NCBI GenBank assembly: GCA_963708135.1
Contig: OY970192.1
Coordinates: 1,152,001-1,216,000, forward strand
DNA from: an uncultured Gemmatimonadales bacterium
GTDB taxonomy: Bacteria; Gemmatimonadota; Gemmatimonadetes; Longimicrobiales; RSA9
Length of the DNA stretch: 64,000 nucleotides
Direction: 5' to 3'
The position numbers were made by a program, and so were the translations under genes. The notes under the pieces were generated by a model. The model was not told the DNA's origin and searched no databases. It saw nothing but the letters and a program-made list of their open reading frames with translations. Every line of letters begins with the position of its first letter. Position 1 is the first letter of the stretch. Positions 1 to 9,786 of the stretch are shown here, piece after piece.

Positions 1-1651
1 CGCGCCGGTGAGCTGGTTCACGAACCGGCTGACGCTGGGCGCCGACCTCTCTTCGACCCACGGCGTCACGTTCTTCCCGACCAGCACCGAGAACTGGTAC
101 AGCGGCGACCAGGTCAACGGCTACGTCGAGGACGTGCAGAACCCGATCGACATCTACACCGTGGACTACCTGGGCGACCTGCGCGCCAGCATCCACGGCG
201 TCCAGTCGGACTTCTCCTTCGGCAGCCAGTACATCATCAACACCCACAACTACCTGGCCGGCGTCGGGATCGGGCTGGCCACGAACTCGGCCAACCTGGT
301 CTCCTCCGCCTCGACCAACGAGTCGCACCAGACCTACGCGCAGACCAAGTCGTGGGGCCTCATCGGCCAGGAGCAGCTGGCGTTCGGCCAGCGCCTCTTC
401 CTCCAGATCGGCGCCCGCATCGACCAGAACTCCTCCTTCGGCCAGGCCTACGGCGCCTTCTTCCTGCCGAAGGCCAGCGTCTCGTACGTGATCTCGCAGG
501 AGCCGTTCTGGAGGCGCTTCGCGCCCGTCGTCTCCACGCTGCGGCTGCGTGCCGCGTACGGCACCACGGGCCGCTCGCCCACTCCCGGCGCCTCGCTGCG
601 GACCTACGCGCCGGCGCCGTACGTGACCGCCACGGGAGGCGTCGGTCCCGGCGTCGTGCAGGCCAGTCCCGGCAACGCCGATCTGAAGCCGGAGCGAGGG
701 AAGGAGTTCGAGGCGGGCTTCGACGCCGGCTTCTTCGACGAGCGCGCGGGCATCGAGCTCACCTACTTCGACAAGCGCACCTCCGACCTGCTGCTCGTCA
801 ACCCGCTGGCGCCGTCGCTGGCCTATACGGTGAACCCCTTCGTGAACGCGGGCGCGGTGGACAACCGGGGCCTGGAGCTCACGCTGCGCGCGACGCCGAT
901 CGCCGGTCCGCGCGCCACCTGGGACATCAGCTTCACCGGCAACACGCTGCGCAACCGGCTGACCAGCCTCGGCTCGCTCGCGATCCCGGACCAGAGCTGG
1001 ATCTTCCCCGACCTGACGACCCGCTACGTGATCGGCAAGCCGCTGAGCGCGTGGTACTCCAAGAAGATCCTCGCCGTGGACACGGCGGCCGGCTACGCCA
1101 CCGTGACGGACGGCCCCGTCTACTACGGCTCGCAGTTCCCCAGCTTCCAGGGCAACCTGAGCAGCACGCTCACGCTCTTCCACAACCTGCGCCTGTACGG
1201 GCTGCTCAGCGGGCAGAGCGGCGGCAGGATCCTCAACATCACGCAGCTCATCCAGGACCTGGTGGGGACCAGCGCCCAGGTGAACCTGGCGCCGGGACAG
1301 GGCGGCTACAGCGAAGCCGAGCGGCTGCGCCACCAGGGACCCTTCAGGACCGAGAGCGGCCAGCCGGCGGGCGGGGTGCTGGCCGCCTACGTCCAGCCGA
1401 CGGACTTCCTGCGCCTGAGCGAGCTCTCCGCCACCCTCACGCTGCCAGAGGGTTTCGCGAGCGCGGCGCACGTGCGCGCGGCGTCCCTCACGGCCGGCGG
1501 GCGGAACCTGCACCTCTGGAAGAGCGCCGACTACCAGGGCTGGGACCCCGAGGTGCTCGCCAACACCACCGGCACCCAGTTCCTCACGACCGAGGAGTTC
1601 ACGGTGCCGCAGGCGCGCCGCTGGATCTTCCGGCTCAACCTCCAGTTCTGA
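1..1651 (+). CDS. SusC/RagA-type TonB-dependent outer membrane receptor, C-terminal part (5' end outside window)
   Basis: Motifs LRLRAAYGTTG, GNADLKPERGKEFEAGFD, NAGAVDNRGLE, DPEV; ends in terminal Phe (LNLQF); followed by a SusD-like lipoprotein. Confidence 0.92.
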   Translation, partial: APVSWFTNRLTLGADLSSTHGVTFFPTSTENWYSGDQVNGYVEDVQNPIDIYTVDYLGDLRASIHGVQSDFSFGSQYIINTHNYLAGVGIGLATNSANLVSSASTNESHQTYAQTKSWGLIGQEQLAFGQRLFLQIGARIDQNSSFGQAYGAFFLPKASVSYVISQEPFWRRFAPVVSTLRLRAAYGTTGRSPTPGASLRTYAPAPYVTATGGVGPGVVQASPGNADLKPERGKEFEAGFDAGFFDERAGIELTYFDKRTSDLLLVNPLAPSLAYTVNPFVNAGAVDNRGLELTLRATPIAGPRATWDISFTGNTLRNRLTSLGSLAIPDQSWIFPDLTTRYVIGKPLSAWYSKKILAVDTAAGYATVTDGPVYYGSQFPSFQGNLSSTLTLFHNLRLYGLLSGQSGGRILNITQLIQDLVGTSAQVNLAPGQGGYSEAERLRHQGPFRTESGQPAGGVLAAYVQPTDFLRLSELSATLTLPEGFASAAHVRAASLTAGGRNLHLWKSADYQGWDPEVLANTTGTQFLTTEEFTVPQARRWIFRLNLQF

Positions 1652-1662
1652 AGGAGACGCCC

Positions 1663-2922
1663 ATGAGAACCATCCTCCGGTGGTCCATTGCGCGGGCGGC
1701 CCCGGCGTGCGCCTGCATCCTGATCGGGCTGGCGGGCTGCAACATGGACGTCGCCAACCCGTCGGTCATCGACGCGTCCACCTTCGACCCGAGCACGAAC
1801 GGGCAGACGCTCGCCCTCTCCGCCCAGACCAACTTTTTCAGCGCGTTCCAGACCGTGGCGCTCTTCGGGGGCCTCATCTCCGGCGAGCTGTACACGGGCG
1901 CGATCCGGCTGCAGACCAACAAGCTCAGCAGCCGGACCTTCCTCTCGACCAATGACATCAATGGCGACTTCTTCGCCCCCCTGAGCCTCGCCATCGCCTC
2001 GAACCTCAACGCCGCCGAGACGCTGCGCCGCGGCGGAGCGGCCGCCTCCGACCTGAACCTGGCGCGGGTCGAGATGAACGCCGGCTTCTCGCTCGAGCTC
2101 ATGGCCGAGACCATGTGCTCCGGCGTCGTGCAGGGCGGGCCGGAGCTGAGCGACGCCGAGCTCCTGGACTCCGCCGCCGTGCACTTCGCGAACGCCGTCG
2201 CCATCGCGAGCGCCGCCGGCGCCGCGGGCGCGGACCTGGCCGCCGAGGCCAACGTCGGCCTGGCGCGCACCTACCTCCAGCAGGGCGACGACGCGGGCGC
2301 CGCGCAGACGGCGGCCCTCGTGCCCGCGGACTTCGTCGGCTACGTCTACACCAGCGCGAACGTCAGCACGCAGGCCACGCTCGGCAACCAGATCTACGCC
2401 ACGACCATCGGCGGCCAGGCCATCATCCCGCGCCTCTACCGCGACCTCTCCGACCCGCGCGTGCCGATCGACAGCACGGCCGTCGGACACACCACCGCGC
2501 CCGGGCTGCCCTACATCATCCAGCGCAAGTACGACGGCTACGGCGCCTTCTACCGGCTGGCGTCGGGGCTCGAGGCGCGTTTCATCGCCGCCGAGGCGAC
2601 GCTCCACGCCAGCGGCGACACCGGCCCCGCCCTCGCCCTCATCGCCACCGAGCGCGCCGCCGGCGGCCAGCCGCCCTACGCGGGCGGCACCGACGCGGCC
2701 TCCGTGCTCGCGGAGCTGCTCAACCAGCGCGCCCGCGAGTTCTGGATGGAGGGCAAGAAGCTGGGCGACCTGCGCCGCAACCCGTCCGTCCCGCTGGAGG
2801 TCGTCCTCACCGATCCCGTGGGCGCGCCGTACTACAACGCGGGCGCGGCACAGTTCGGCGACGCCTTCTGCACGCCGATCCCGCCCCAGGAGACGAACGC
2901 GAACCCCAACTTCCAGCCATAG
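1663..2922 (+). CDS. SusD/RagB-like nutrient-binding lipoprotein
   Basis: AAGGAG RBS, lipobox LAGC, C-terminal QRAREFWMEGKKLGDLRR and PIPPQETNANPN typical of SusD-like proteins. Confidence 0.88.
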   Translation: MRTILRWSIARAAPACACILIGLAGCNMDVANPSVIDASTFDPSTNGQTLALSAQTNFFSAFQTVALFGGLISGELYTGAIRLQTNKLSSRTFLSTNDINGDFFAPLSLAIASNLNAAETLRRGGAAASDLNLARVEMNAGFSLELMAETMCSGVVQGGPELSDAELLDSAAVHFANAVAIASAAGAAGADLAAEANVGLARTYLQQGDDAGAAQTAALVPADFVGYVYTSANVSTQATLGNQIYATTIGGQAIIPRLYRDLSDPRVPIDSTAVGHTTAPGLPYIIQRKYDGYGAFYRLASGLEARFIAAEATLHASGDTGPALALIATERAAGGQPPYAGGTDAASVLAELLNQRAREFWMEGKKLGDLRRNPSVPLEVVLTDPVGAPYYNAGAAQFGDAFCTPIPPQETNANPNFQP

Positions 2923-2931
2923 AGGCCCGCC

Positions 2932-3681
2932 ATGTCGGACGACAGCAGCAAGGAACTCCGCTTCCTGAAGGCCTACGCCTACGGCGCGACCACGCTGATC
3001 GTCCTGCTCGGCGTGCTCGCCTTCCGCGCGCGCCAGACGCCCCGATTCAGGGAGATCCAGGTCCAGCGCATCGACGTGGTCGAGCCCGACGGCACCCTCC
3101 GCATGGTGCTCTCCAACCACACGCTCTTCCCCCAGCCGATCATCGGCGGAAAGGCCTATCCGCTCCGCACCGGCACCGGCGGCGCTGGCGCCGGCATGAT
3201 CTTCTACAACGATGAGGGAAACGAGGACGGCGGGCTCACGTTCACCGGCCGCAGGACGGCGGACGGCTACGCCGCCGGGGCCGGGCTGTCGCTCGACCAG
3301 TACAACCAGGACGAGACGGTGACCCTCTCCTACGACGACCGCAACGGCCGCCGCCGCGCCGGCCTCACCATCGCGGACCGGCCGAACGGCTCCATTCAGG
3401 TGTTCGCCGACAGCGCCATGGCCATCCGCGCCCTGCCCGACGGGCCGGAGAAGACGCGGCGCCTGGCCGCGCTGCAGACCTACATGCGCAGCCAGGGCTA
3501 TTTCGGCGACACCCCCCGCGTGTACGCCGGCAAGGACCCCGATCGGACCGCCCTCGTGGTCCTGTCCGATCCGCAGGGCCGCCCCCGCCTCCGGCTGGCG
3601 GTCGATTCCCTCGGCGCCCCGAAGCTCCAGTTCCTGGACGAGGCCGGCAAGGTCACGTCCGAGCTGCCCGCCAGGCGTTGA
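2932..3681 (+). CDS. hypothetical protein with N-terminal membrane anchor
   Basis: 249-aa ORF 9 nt after susD-like gene, coding-like codon usage, one hydrophobic N-terminal helix. Confidence 0.75.
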   Translation: MSDDSSKELRFLKAYAYGATTLIVLLGVLAFRARQTPRFREIQVQRIDVVEPDGTLRMVLSNHTLFPQPIIGGKAYPLRTGTGGAGAGMIFYNDEGNEDGGLTFTGRRTADGYAAGAGLSLDQYNQDETVTLSYDDRNGRRRAGLTIADRPNGSIQVFADSAMAIRALPDGPEKTRRLAALQTYMRSQGYFGDTPRVYAGKDPDRTALVVLSDPQGRPRLRLAVDSLGAPKLQFLDEAGKVTSELPARR

Positions 3682-3928
3682 GCCGGCCGGGTCGGGCCGC
3701 GTAGCCTTCCCACCGCCCGCCGGGCGGTGAGCCCGCTCCCCGGCCGGAGGTCACCGCGCACCATCCCGCCGCTGCGGCTCCGGCGGCGCATCTTTCTGGT
3801 GGTCCGCGCCCCTTCGTCCTAGCTTTCCCGCATGGCTGAAGAGCAGCGACGCGACCATCGCTGCACAACCCCCTTCCGTAGCCCCTCTACGGGAACCGCC
3901 CGGCCACCGCTGCGACGGAGGTGAGCCC

Positions 3929-5224
3929 ATGCCCCGCCCGATCCGCTCCTGCCTCGCCCTGCTCCCCTTCGCGCTGCTCGCCGGCATCGCCGCGCCCGGG
4001 CCCGCCCGCGCGCAGGTGCGCGTTCCGCTCGAGCGCATCACGCGCATCGCGCCGGACTCCACCCTCCGGCGCGGGGTGACGGTGCTCAGCGCGCGCGGCG
4101 TGGACACGGCGCGCGTGTCGAGCGCGGGGCTCAGGCTCGAGCGCGGCACGTTCGCTGTGCTGAAGACGGCCGAAGCGCCGCGGCCGGTGGCGGGGCCCGT
4201 CGAGACCGGCGTCCATTACCGCGGCGACCCGGCGCGGCCGGCCGGCCCGTTCATGGCCCTGCCGATCCGCCTGCTCACGCCCAATGCGACGGGGACCGGC
4301 ACCTGGGTGCTGCGCCCCGTCTACCAGATCGCCCGCCGCATGCGCTGGAACGCCGGGGACGGCTCCTTCGACGGCGCCATCTTCATCGCCGTGGAGGACT
4401 CGCTGCACCCGCGCGAGAGCCGGCCCCTGCCCACGCCCGTCCGGTTCCAGCTCTCCGCCGACGCCGACAGCCTCGCGCCCGACACCTTCGCCGTCACCCG
4501 GACCAACTTCCCGTTGAAGCGCGTCAACGTGGCCGCGCGCGACGCCACCGACTCCGTCCGCGTGCACCTCGCCGCCGAGTTCGACGCGCAGGGCACCGAC
4601 GTCTGGGTGCCGGTCGAGCCGACGCTCCGCATCGAGGCGCCGGCGCGCATGCAGGGCTGTGGCGTCGGCAGCGCGCGCGTCATCGTGCGCATCGCCGGCA
4701 GCCGCGCCCACCCGCCCTCCGCGGTCACGCTCGTGCCGAGCGCCGGCGAGCTCGACGCCGACACCGTCGCCATCGGCGGCGCCGCCAGCGGCAGCGCCCG
4801 CCTGCGCTCGGCCGGAACCGGGCCCGTGACCCTCACCGCGTCCGCCCCGGGCTACCAGGACGCGACCGCCACCATCCAGTTCGTCTTCCCGGTCGTGTTC
4901 CTGCTCGCGGCGCTCCTCGGCGGCGTGTTCGGCGGCCTCGCGAGCGCCGTCCAGAGCCGTGTGCCGGGGGCGAGGACGCGCTGGGGAGAGGCCGCGCTGA
5001 AGGGAGTCGCGGCGGGCGCGCTCGGCGCGCTCGCGTGGTACGCCCTCGGCGTCAACCTGCTCAAGCTCCAGCTCGGCGTGCCCCGATTCAACGAGCTGGC
5101 CGTCTTCACCACCTCCGCGCTCTTCGGGTTCGCCGGGCTCCAGCTGCTGCCCGCCGCCGACAGGACCGAACCAGCACACGCACCCGAGCCCGCACCGGCG
5201 GAGCCCGGAAAAATCACCCGGTAG
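3929..5224 (+). CDS. hypothetical exported/membrane protein (signal peptide, beta-rich middle, ~3 C-terminal TM helices)
   Basis: GGAGGT RBS, AxA signal peptide (PARAQ), hydrophobic C-terminal segments. Confidence 0.75.
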   Translation: MPRPIRSCLALLPFALLAGIAAPGPARAQVRVPLERITRIAPDSTLRRGVTVLSARGVDTARVSSAGLRLERGTFAVLKTAEAPRPVAGPVETGVHYRGDPARPAGPFMALPIRLLTPNATGTGTWVLRPVYQIARRMRWNAGDGSFDGAIFIAVEDSLHPRESRPLPTPVRFQLSADADSLAPDTFAVTRTNFPLKRVNVAARDATDSVRVHLAAEFDAQGTDVWVPVEPTLRIEAPARMQGCGVGSARVIVRIAGSRAHPPSAVTLVPSAGELDADTVAIGGAASGSARLRSAGTGPVTLTASAPGYQDATATIQFVFPVVFLLAALLGGVFGGLASAVQSRVPGARTRWGEAALKGVAAGALGALAWYALGVNLLKLQLGVPRFNELAVFTTSALFGFAGLQLLPAADRTEPAHAPEPAPAEPGKITR

Positions 5225-5243
5225 GGGGTGCCAACCCCCCCCC

Positions 5244-5433
5244 GACTGATTGCGGCACGACCCACTACGGCACGACCGACTGCGGCACGACCCACTACGG
5301 CACGACCGACTGCGGCACGACCAACTGCGGCACGGCCAACGGCGGCACACCAACTGCGACTGACTGCGGCACGACCCACTACGGCACGACCGACTGCGAC
5401 TGACTGCGGCACGGCCAACTACGGCACTACGGC
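5244..5433 (+). repeat. degenerate ~15-bp tandem array, left-type arm (ACTGCGGCACGACCG)
   Basis: Repeated ctgcggcacgacc / ctacggcacgacc units. Confidence 0.9.
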
Positions 5434-5444
5434 GTGAACGGCTG

Positions 5445-5790
5445 CGGGTAGGCTCTTGGGGGCAGCCTGGCGGTCCAGGAAGAAAGCAATCGTCGCGGTC
5501 GTGACGGTCAGCGCGGTGGCCCTCGCGAATCGCGGTGGGCTCGCGCCCACCACGAGCGGCCAGGACTCCGCAGAATCGCTCGGGGGTCCTGCCGAGCCGC
5601 GAGCGGACCTCCAGGTGGTTGCGCTTTGCGCCCCGGCTGCTCGCACCCGTACGCCTCGGAAATCTTGTACTGGCCGGGAACCCCGCCGCGCGCCGAGTCT
5701 GGTCAACGTCCGGGCCGAACCCCGGCGGAAGCAGCTCGATCGGCGCGTGCCCACCTCGGCACCGAGCGCGCTCAGCCGCCAATGATGCGC
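5445..5790 (-). pseudogene. frameshifted four-helix-bundle protein gene (paralog of 19663..20010)
   Basis: DNA aligns by eye with 19663-20010 (acggtcagcgcggtggcc, ctccaggtggttgcgctt, cccggcggaagc); peptides LPPGFGPDVDQTRRAAG, KRNHLEV and ATALTVT lie in different frames. Confidence 0.8.
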
Positions 5791-5805
5791 GGTTGGCTGC
5801 GCCGT

Positions 5806-6106
5806 CCGCCGCCGCAAGGAGTGCCGCCGCCAGGAGTGCCGCCGTAAGCAGCTGCCGCCGTAAGCAGTGCCGCCGTAAGCAGTGGCGCCGCCGTAGGTAG
5901 TGCCGCCGTAAGCAGTGCCGCCGTCGGTAGTGCCGCCGTAAGCAGTTGCCGCCGTAAGCAGTGCCGCCGTAAGCAGTGGCGCCGCCGTAAGTAGTGCCGC
6001 CGTAAGGAGTGCCGCCGTCGGTAGTGCCGCCGTAAGCAGTTGCCGCCGTCCGTAGTGCCGCCGTAAGCAGTTGCCGCCGCAAGAAGTGCCGCCGCCGTAA
6101 GCAGTG
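5806..6106 (-). repeat. degenerate 15-16-bp tandem array, right-type arm (GTGCCGCCGTAAGCA)
   Basis: Repeated gtgccgccgtaagca / gttgccgccgtaag units; CGGCAC core inverted relative to 5244-5433. Confidence 0.9.
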
Positions 6107-6159
6107 TCTCCCCCGAGGGCCGGGGGGGGGACGGCCTTCCGCGGTCCAAGACGTGATCC

Positions 6160-6192
6160 TTGACTTTGTGCCCCCTGCCAATACGTATTAGC
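6160..6192 (+). promoter_or_regulatory. putative promoter with LacI-type operator
   Basis: TTGACT at 6160-6165 and near-palindrome GCCAATACGTATTAGC (central CG) at 6177-6192, upstream of the LacI-family gene. Confidence 0.5.
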
Positions 6193-6332
6193 TCTCGATT
6201 CCACTTTGCTGCACGTATCGGTGGTACGGGCGCGTTTGTCCGCCCGGCGGCGCCCCTCCCCCCGAGGCGGCTGGGTGTTGGGGTGGGGCCGTCCCGAACG
6301 CCGGGGGGGCGGGGGGAATCCCCCGCGTCAAG

Positions 6333-7382
6333 ATGGAGGGGAGGAAATTGCCCAAGCGTCCTCGTGTCACCAGCCACGACGTCGCCGCGCGAGCTGGCGT
6401 CTCGCAGGCCACCGTCTCGCTCGTGTTGAGCGGGAACCCGCGGGCGCGGGTGGCGGAGGCGACGCGAGCGCGGGTGGCGCGGGCGGCGGAGGATCTGGGC
6501 TACCGGCCGAACCTGGTGGCGCGGGCGCTGGTGCAGCGGCGCTCGTACGCGATCGGGGTGGTGGTGCCGACGTTGGAGAATCCGTTCTTCGTGGATGTGG
6601 TGAGCGGGCTGGAGCGGGTGGCGGTGGAGAAGGGCTATGCGGTGCTGCTGTCGAACGCGCGGGGCAACCCGGTGGCGGCGCAGGTGGAGACGCTGCGGGC
6701 GCGCATGGTGGACGGGCTGATCATCGATGCTGCGGGGGCGGCGGCGCTGCCGGAGGAGCTGCTCACGGACGTGAACGTGGTGCTGCTGGAGGAGGTGTCG
6801 GAGCGCTGGCCGACGGTGTCGAGCGATGCCGAGCGGGCGGGCGCGCTGGCGGCGGAGCACCTGCTCGGGCTCGGCCACCGGGCGCTGGCGATGATCGGCC
6901 CGGCCACCGACGTCCATGCGTTCCGGCGGCGGGAGCGGGGGTTCATCGGGGCGCTGCGTGCGGCGGGCCTGTCGGTCCGCTCCGAGTGGCTGCGGCGCTC
7001 GCCGGCCACGGTGCGGGGCGGGCGGGAGGCGATGCGGTCGCTGCTCGGGCTGGCCGAGCGGCCGACGGGCGTCTTCTGCGTGAACGACCTGGCGGCGCTC
7101 GGTGCGCTGAAGGCGTGCCTCTCGGCGCGCGTGCCGGTGCCGGGCGAGGTCTCGCTGGTGGGGTGCGACGACATCGAGATGGCGCGCCTCACGACGCCCG
7201 AGCTCAGCACCGTGACCGTGCCGGCGCGCGAGCTGGGCGCGCGTGCCGCGCGGCTGCTGATCGAGCGGGTCGAGCGGGGCGGGGAGGCGACGCCGCCGCG
7301 CCGGCCGCTCCCGGTCTCGCTGGCCGCGCGGGGGACGACGGGTCCGGCGCCGGCCGCGGCCGCTCCGGAGGTGGCGGGGTGA
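6333..7382 (+). CDS. LacI-family transcriptional regulator
   Basis: HTH VTSHDVAARAGVSQATVSLVL, LGYRPNLVARAL hinge, VGCDD...PELSTV; start may be TTG at 6348. Confidence 0.95.
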   Translation: MEGRKLPKRPRVTSHDVAARAGVSQATVSLVLSGNPRARVAEATRARVARAAEDLGYRPNLVARALVQRRSYAIGVVVPTLENPFFVDVVSGLERVAVEKGYAVLLSNARGNPVAAQVETLRARMVDGLIIDAAGAAALPEELLTDVNVVLLEEVSERWPTVSSDAERAGALAAEHLLGLGHRALAMIGPATDVHAFRRRERGFIGALRAAGLSVRSEWLRRSPATVRGGREAMRSLLGLAERPTGVFCVNDLAALGALKACLSARVPVPGEVSLVGCDDIEMARLTTPELSTVTVPARELGARAARLLIERVERGGEATPPRRPLPVSLAARGTTGPAPAAAAPEVAG

Positions 7383-9280
7383 CGGGCGTCGTGGCGGGCG
7401 GTCTCGTGGCGGGCGGCGCATCGTCGCCGGCGGCCGCGGTCGGCCCGTGGCCGGGCGTCGGGGCGCTCTTCCTCGAGCGCGCCCGGGCGCATCCGGGCCG
7501 CGTGGCCTTCCGGGAGCTGGCGCTGGCCGGCGCGGACGCGGACGGCGCGCTCACGTGGGGCGAATGGGAGGCGGCGGCGCGCCGCTTCGCGGCGGCGCTG
7601 GTGGCGCGCGGCGTGGCGCCGGGGGACCGCGTGGCGGTGCTCGCGGGGAACCGGCGGCAGTGGCCGATCGCGGACCTGGGGACGTTGCTGGCGGGCGGGG
7701 TGGGCGTCGGGATCTATCCGACCAGCGCGCCGGCGCAGGTGGCTCAGGTGCTGGTGGACTCCGGCGCGGCGGTGGTCGTGGTGGACACGCCCGAGCACGC
7801 CGCCATGGTGGCCGCGGTGCGCGCGGCGGTACCCGGCCTCCGGCTGGTGGTCGGCCCGGACGCAGGGGCTGGTGCCCCCGAGGCCATGTCCTGGGCTGCC
7901 TTCCTCGACGCGGGCGGCGCCGCGCTCGCGGACGCGGCGGTGGCGGCGGAGCTCGAGCGGCGGATCGCCGGCGAGCGGCCGGGCGACGTCGCCCTGCTGA
8001 TCTACACGTCGGGCTCGACCGGCGAGCCGAAGGGCGCGCGCATCACGCACGGCGCCCTGCTGGCGTCGGCCGCCTCCATCCGCGAGGCGCTCGGGCTCGG
8101 GCCGGACGACACCTCGCTCTCCCTGCTGCCGTACTGCCACGCGGCCGAGCGGATCTTCGGCCTCTACACGCGCATCCTGGCCGGCATGGAGGCGCTGCTG
8201 GTGCCGGACCACACGCGGGTCTGGGCGGCGGCGCGGGCGTACGGCCCCACGCTCTTCGGCGGGCTGCCGCGCTTCTTCGAGAAGGCGTACGAGGCGCTGC
8301 GGGAGGCGGAGGCGGAGGCGGAGCCGGGCGAGGAGGCGGAGCGCTGGCGGCGCGTGCTGGAGCTGGGCCGCGCCCTCTCGCGCTCGCGCCGCGGCGCCCC
8401 CGGCGCGCCGGCCTGGTCGGCTCGGGAGCTGCGCGCTGCCGGGGTCGAGTGGGCGGCGCTCGGCGAGCCGCTGTTCCGTCGCGTCCGCGAGCTCTTCGGC
8501 GGCCGCGTGCGGACGGCCACGTCCGGCGGCGCCGCGCTGCCGGAGGAGGTGGCCGAGTACCTGGACGCCCTCGGGCTGCGCGTCCTCGGCGCCTATGGGC
8601 TGACGGAGCACCTGTGCGTGGCCATGAACCGGGCCGGCCACTACAGCTTCGACAGCGCCGGCCCGCCGATGCCGGGTACCGAGCTTCGCATCGCGTCCGA
8701 CGGCGAGGTCCAGGTGCGGCGCGGGCCGCTGACCTTCGCCGGCTACCACGGCCGCGAGGCGGACACCGCCGCGGCCTTCACGCCGGACGGGGAGTGGCTC
8801 CTCACCGGCGACGTCGGCACCCTCGACGCGCGTGGCTTCCTCCGCATCACCGGGCGCCGCAAGGAGCTGATCGCGCTGTCAACGGGCAGGAAGGTCGCGC
8901 CGCTGCCGATCGAGGCGCGCCTGTCCGAGCAGCCGCTGATCTCGCGGGCCGTGCTGTACGGCGAGGGCCGGAAGTTCGTCTCGGCGCTCCTGACGCCGCG
9001 CCGCGGCGCCGTCGAGGCGTGGGCGCGGGGCCGCGGCCTCGACCTCGACTACCCGCGCCTGCTCGAGCACCCCGAGCTCCTGGCCCTCGTGCAGCGCGAC
9101 GTGGACGCGGTGAACGCGGGGCTCTCCCGCTCGGAGCGGGTGCGCCGCTTCCTGCTCCTCTCCCGCGAGCTCGCGCCCGAGCTGGACGAGCTGACGCCCA
9201 CGCTCAAGGTGCGCCGCGACGTGGTGCTCGCGCGCTTCGGCCCGGCGCTGGACGCGCTGTATCAGGGGGACGCGCCGTGA
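7379..9280 (+). CDS. long-chain fatty acid-CoA ligase (AMP-dependent synthetase)
   Basis: YTSGSTGEPKG, YGLTE, TGDVG, ELTPTLKVRR; GTGA overlap with the LacI stop. Confidence 0.93.
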   Translation: MTGVVAGGLVAGGASSPAAAVGPWPGVGALFLERARAHPGRVAFRELALAGADADGALTWGEWEAAARRFAAALVARGVAPGDRVAVLAGNRRQWPIADLGTLLAGGVGVGIYPTSAPAQVAQVLVDSGAAVVVVDTPEHAAMVAAVRAAVPGLRLVVGPDAGAGAPEAMSWAAFLDAGGAALADAAVAAELERRIAGERPGDVALLIYTSGSTGEPKGARITHGALLASAASIREALGLGPDDTSLSLLPYCHAAERIFGLYTRILAGMEALLVPDHTRVWAAARAYGPTLFGGLPRFFEKAYEALREAEAEAEPGEEAERWRRVLELGRALSRSRRGAPGAPAWSARELRAAGVEWAALGEPLFRRVRELFGGRVRTATSGGAALPEEVAEYLDALGLRVLGAYGLTEHLCVAMNRAGHYSFDSAGPPMPGTELRIASDGEVQVRRGPLTFAGYHGREADTAAAFTPDGEWLLTGDVGTLDARGFLRITGRRKELIALSTGRKVAPLPIEARLSEQPLISRAVLYGEGRKFVSALLTPRRGAVEAWARGRGLDLDYPRLLEHPELLALVQRDVDAVNAGLSRSERVRRFLLLSRELAPELDELTPTLKVRRDVVLARFGPALDALYQGDAP

Positions 9281-9786
9281 AGCCCCTCATCCTGCGCGCG
9301 ATCGTCGCGAGCACCCTGCTGCTGGCCGCCGCGTACGCCTCGGCGTTCCTGCCCGGCGGCGCGCCCGCCTGGGCGGCCTGGCTGATGGTCGTCGGCACGG
9401 CGGGGCTCATGGTCTCGACCATGGCGCTCGGCGCCGCCCGCGCCGGCCGCATCGGCCGGCTGGCCATCCCCTTCGCGCTGGTGTTCGTGATCCTGGTGGC
9501 CGGCTTCGGCCTCGTGCTGGCCCTGCCGCCGGGCGGCCCGGGCGAGGCGCTGTGGCTGGGGCTTCCCGCGCGCGCCGCCATCGTGCTCTACGGCGTGGGG
9601 CTGCTCCCGCTCTTCGCCGTGCCGCTGGTCTACGCGCTGACCTTCGAGGAGAGCACGCTCTCGGCCGCGGACCTCGAGCGGGTGCGCGCGGCGGCGGCGG
9701 CGCTGCGGGCGGAGCGGCGAACGTCGGCGTGGCCGGGACACGCGCCGGCGGCGGCAGCCGGCGCGGATCGGGAGGCGTCGCCATGA
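9277..9786 (+). CDS. small membrane protein (~4 TM), probable symporter partner
   Basis: Hydrophobic ORF coupled by GTGA/ATGA overlaps between the ligase and the SSS transporter. Confidence 0.75.
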   Translation: MKPLILRAIVASTLLLAAAYASAFLPGGAPAWAAWLMVVGTAGLMVSTMALGAARAGRIGRLAIPFALVFVILVAGFGLVLALPPGGPGEALWLGLPARAAIVLYGVGLLPLFAVPLVYALTFEESTLSAADLERVRAAAAALRAERRTSAWPGHAPAAAAGADREASP

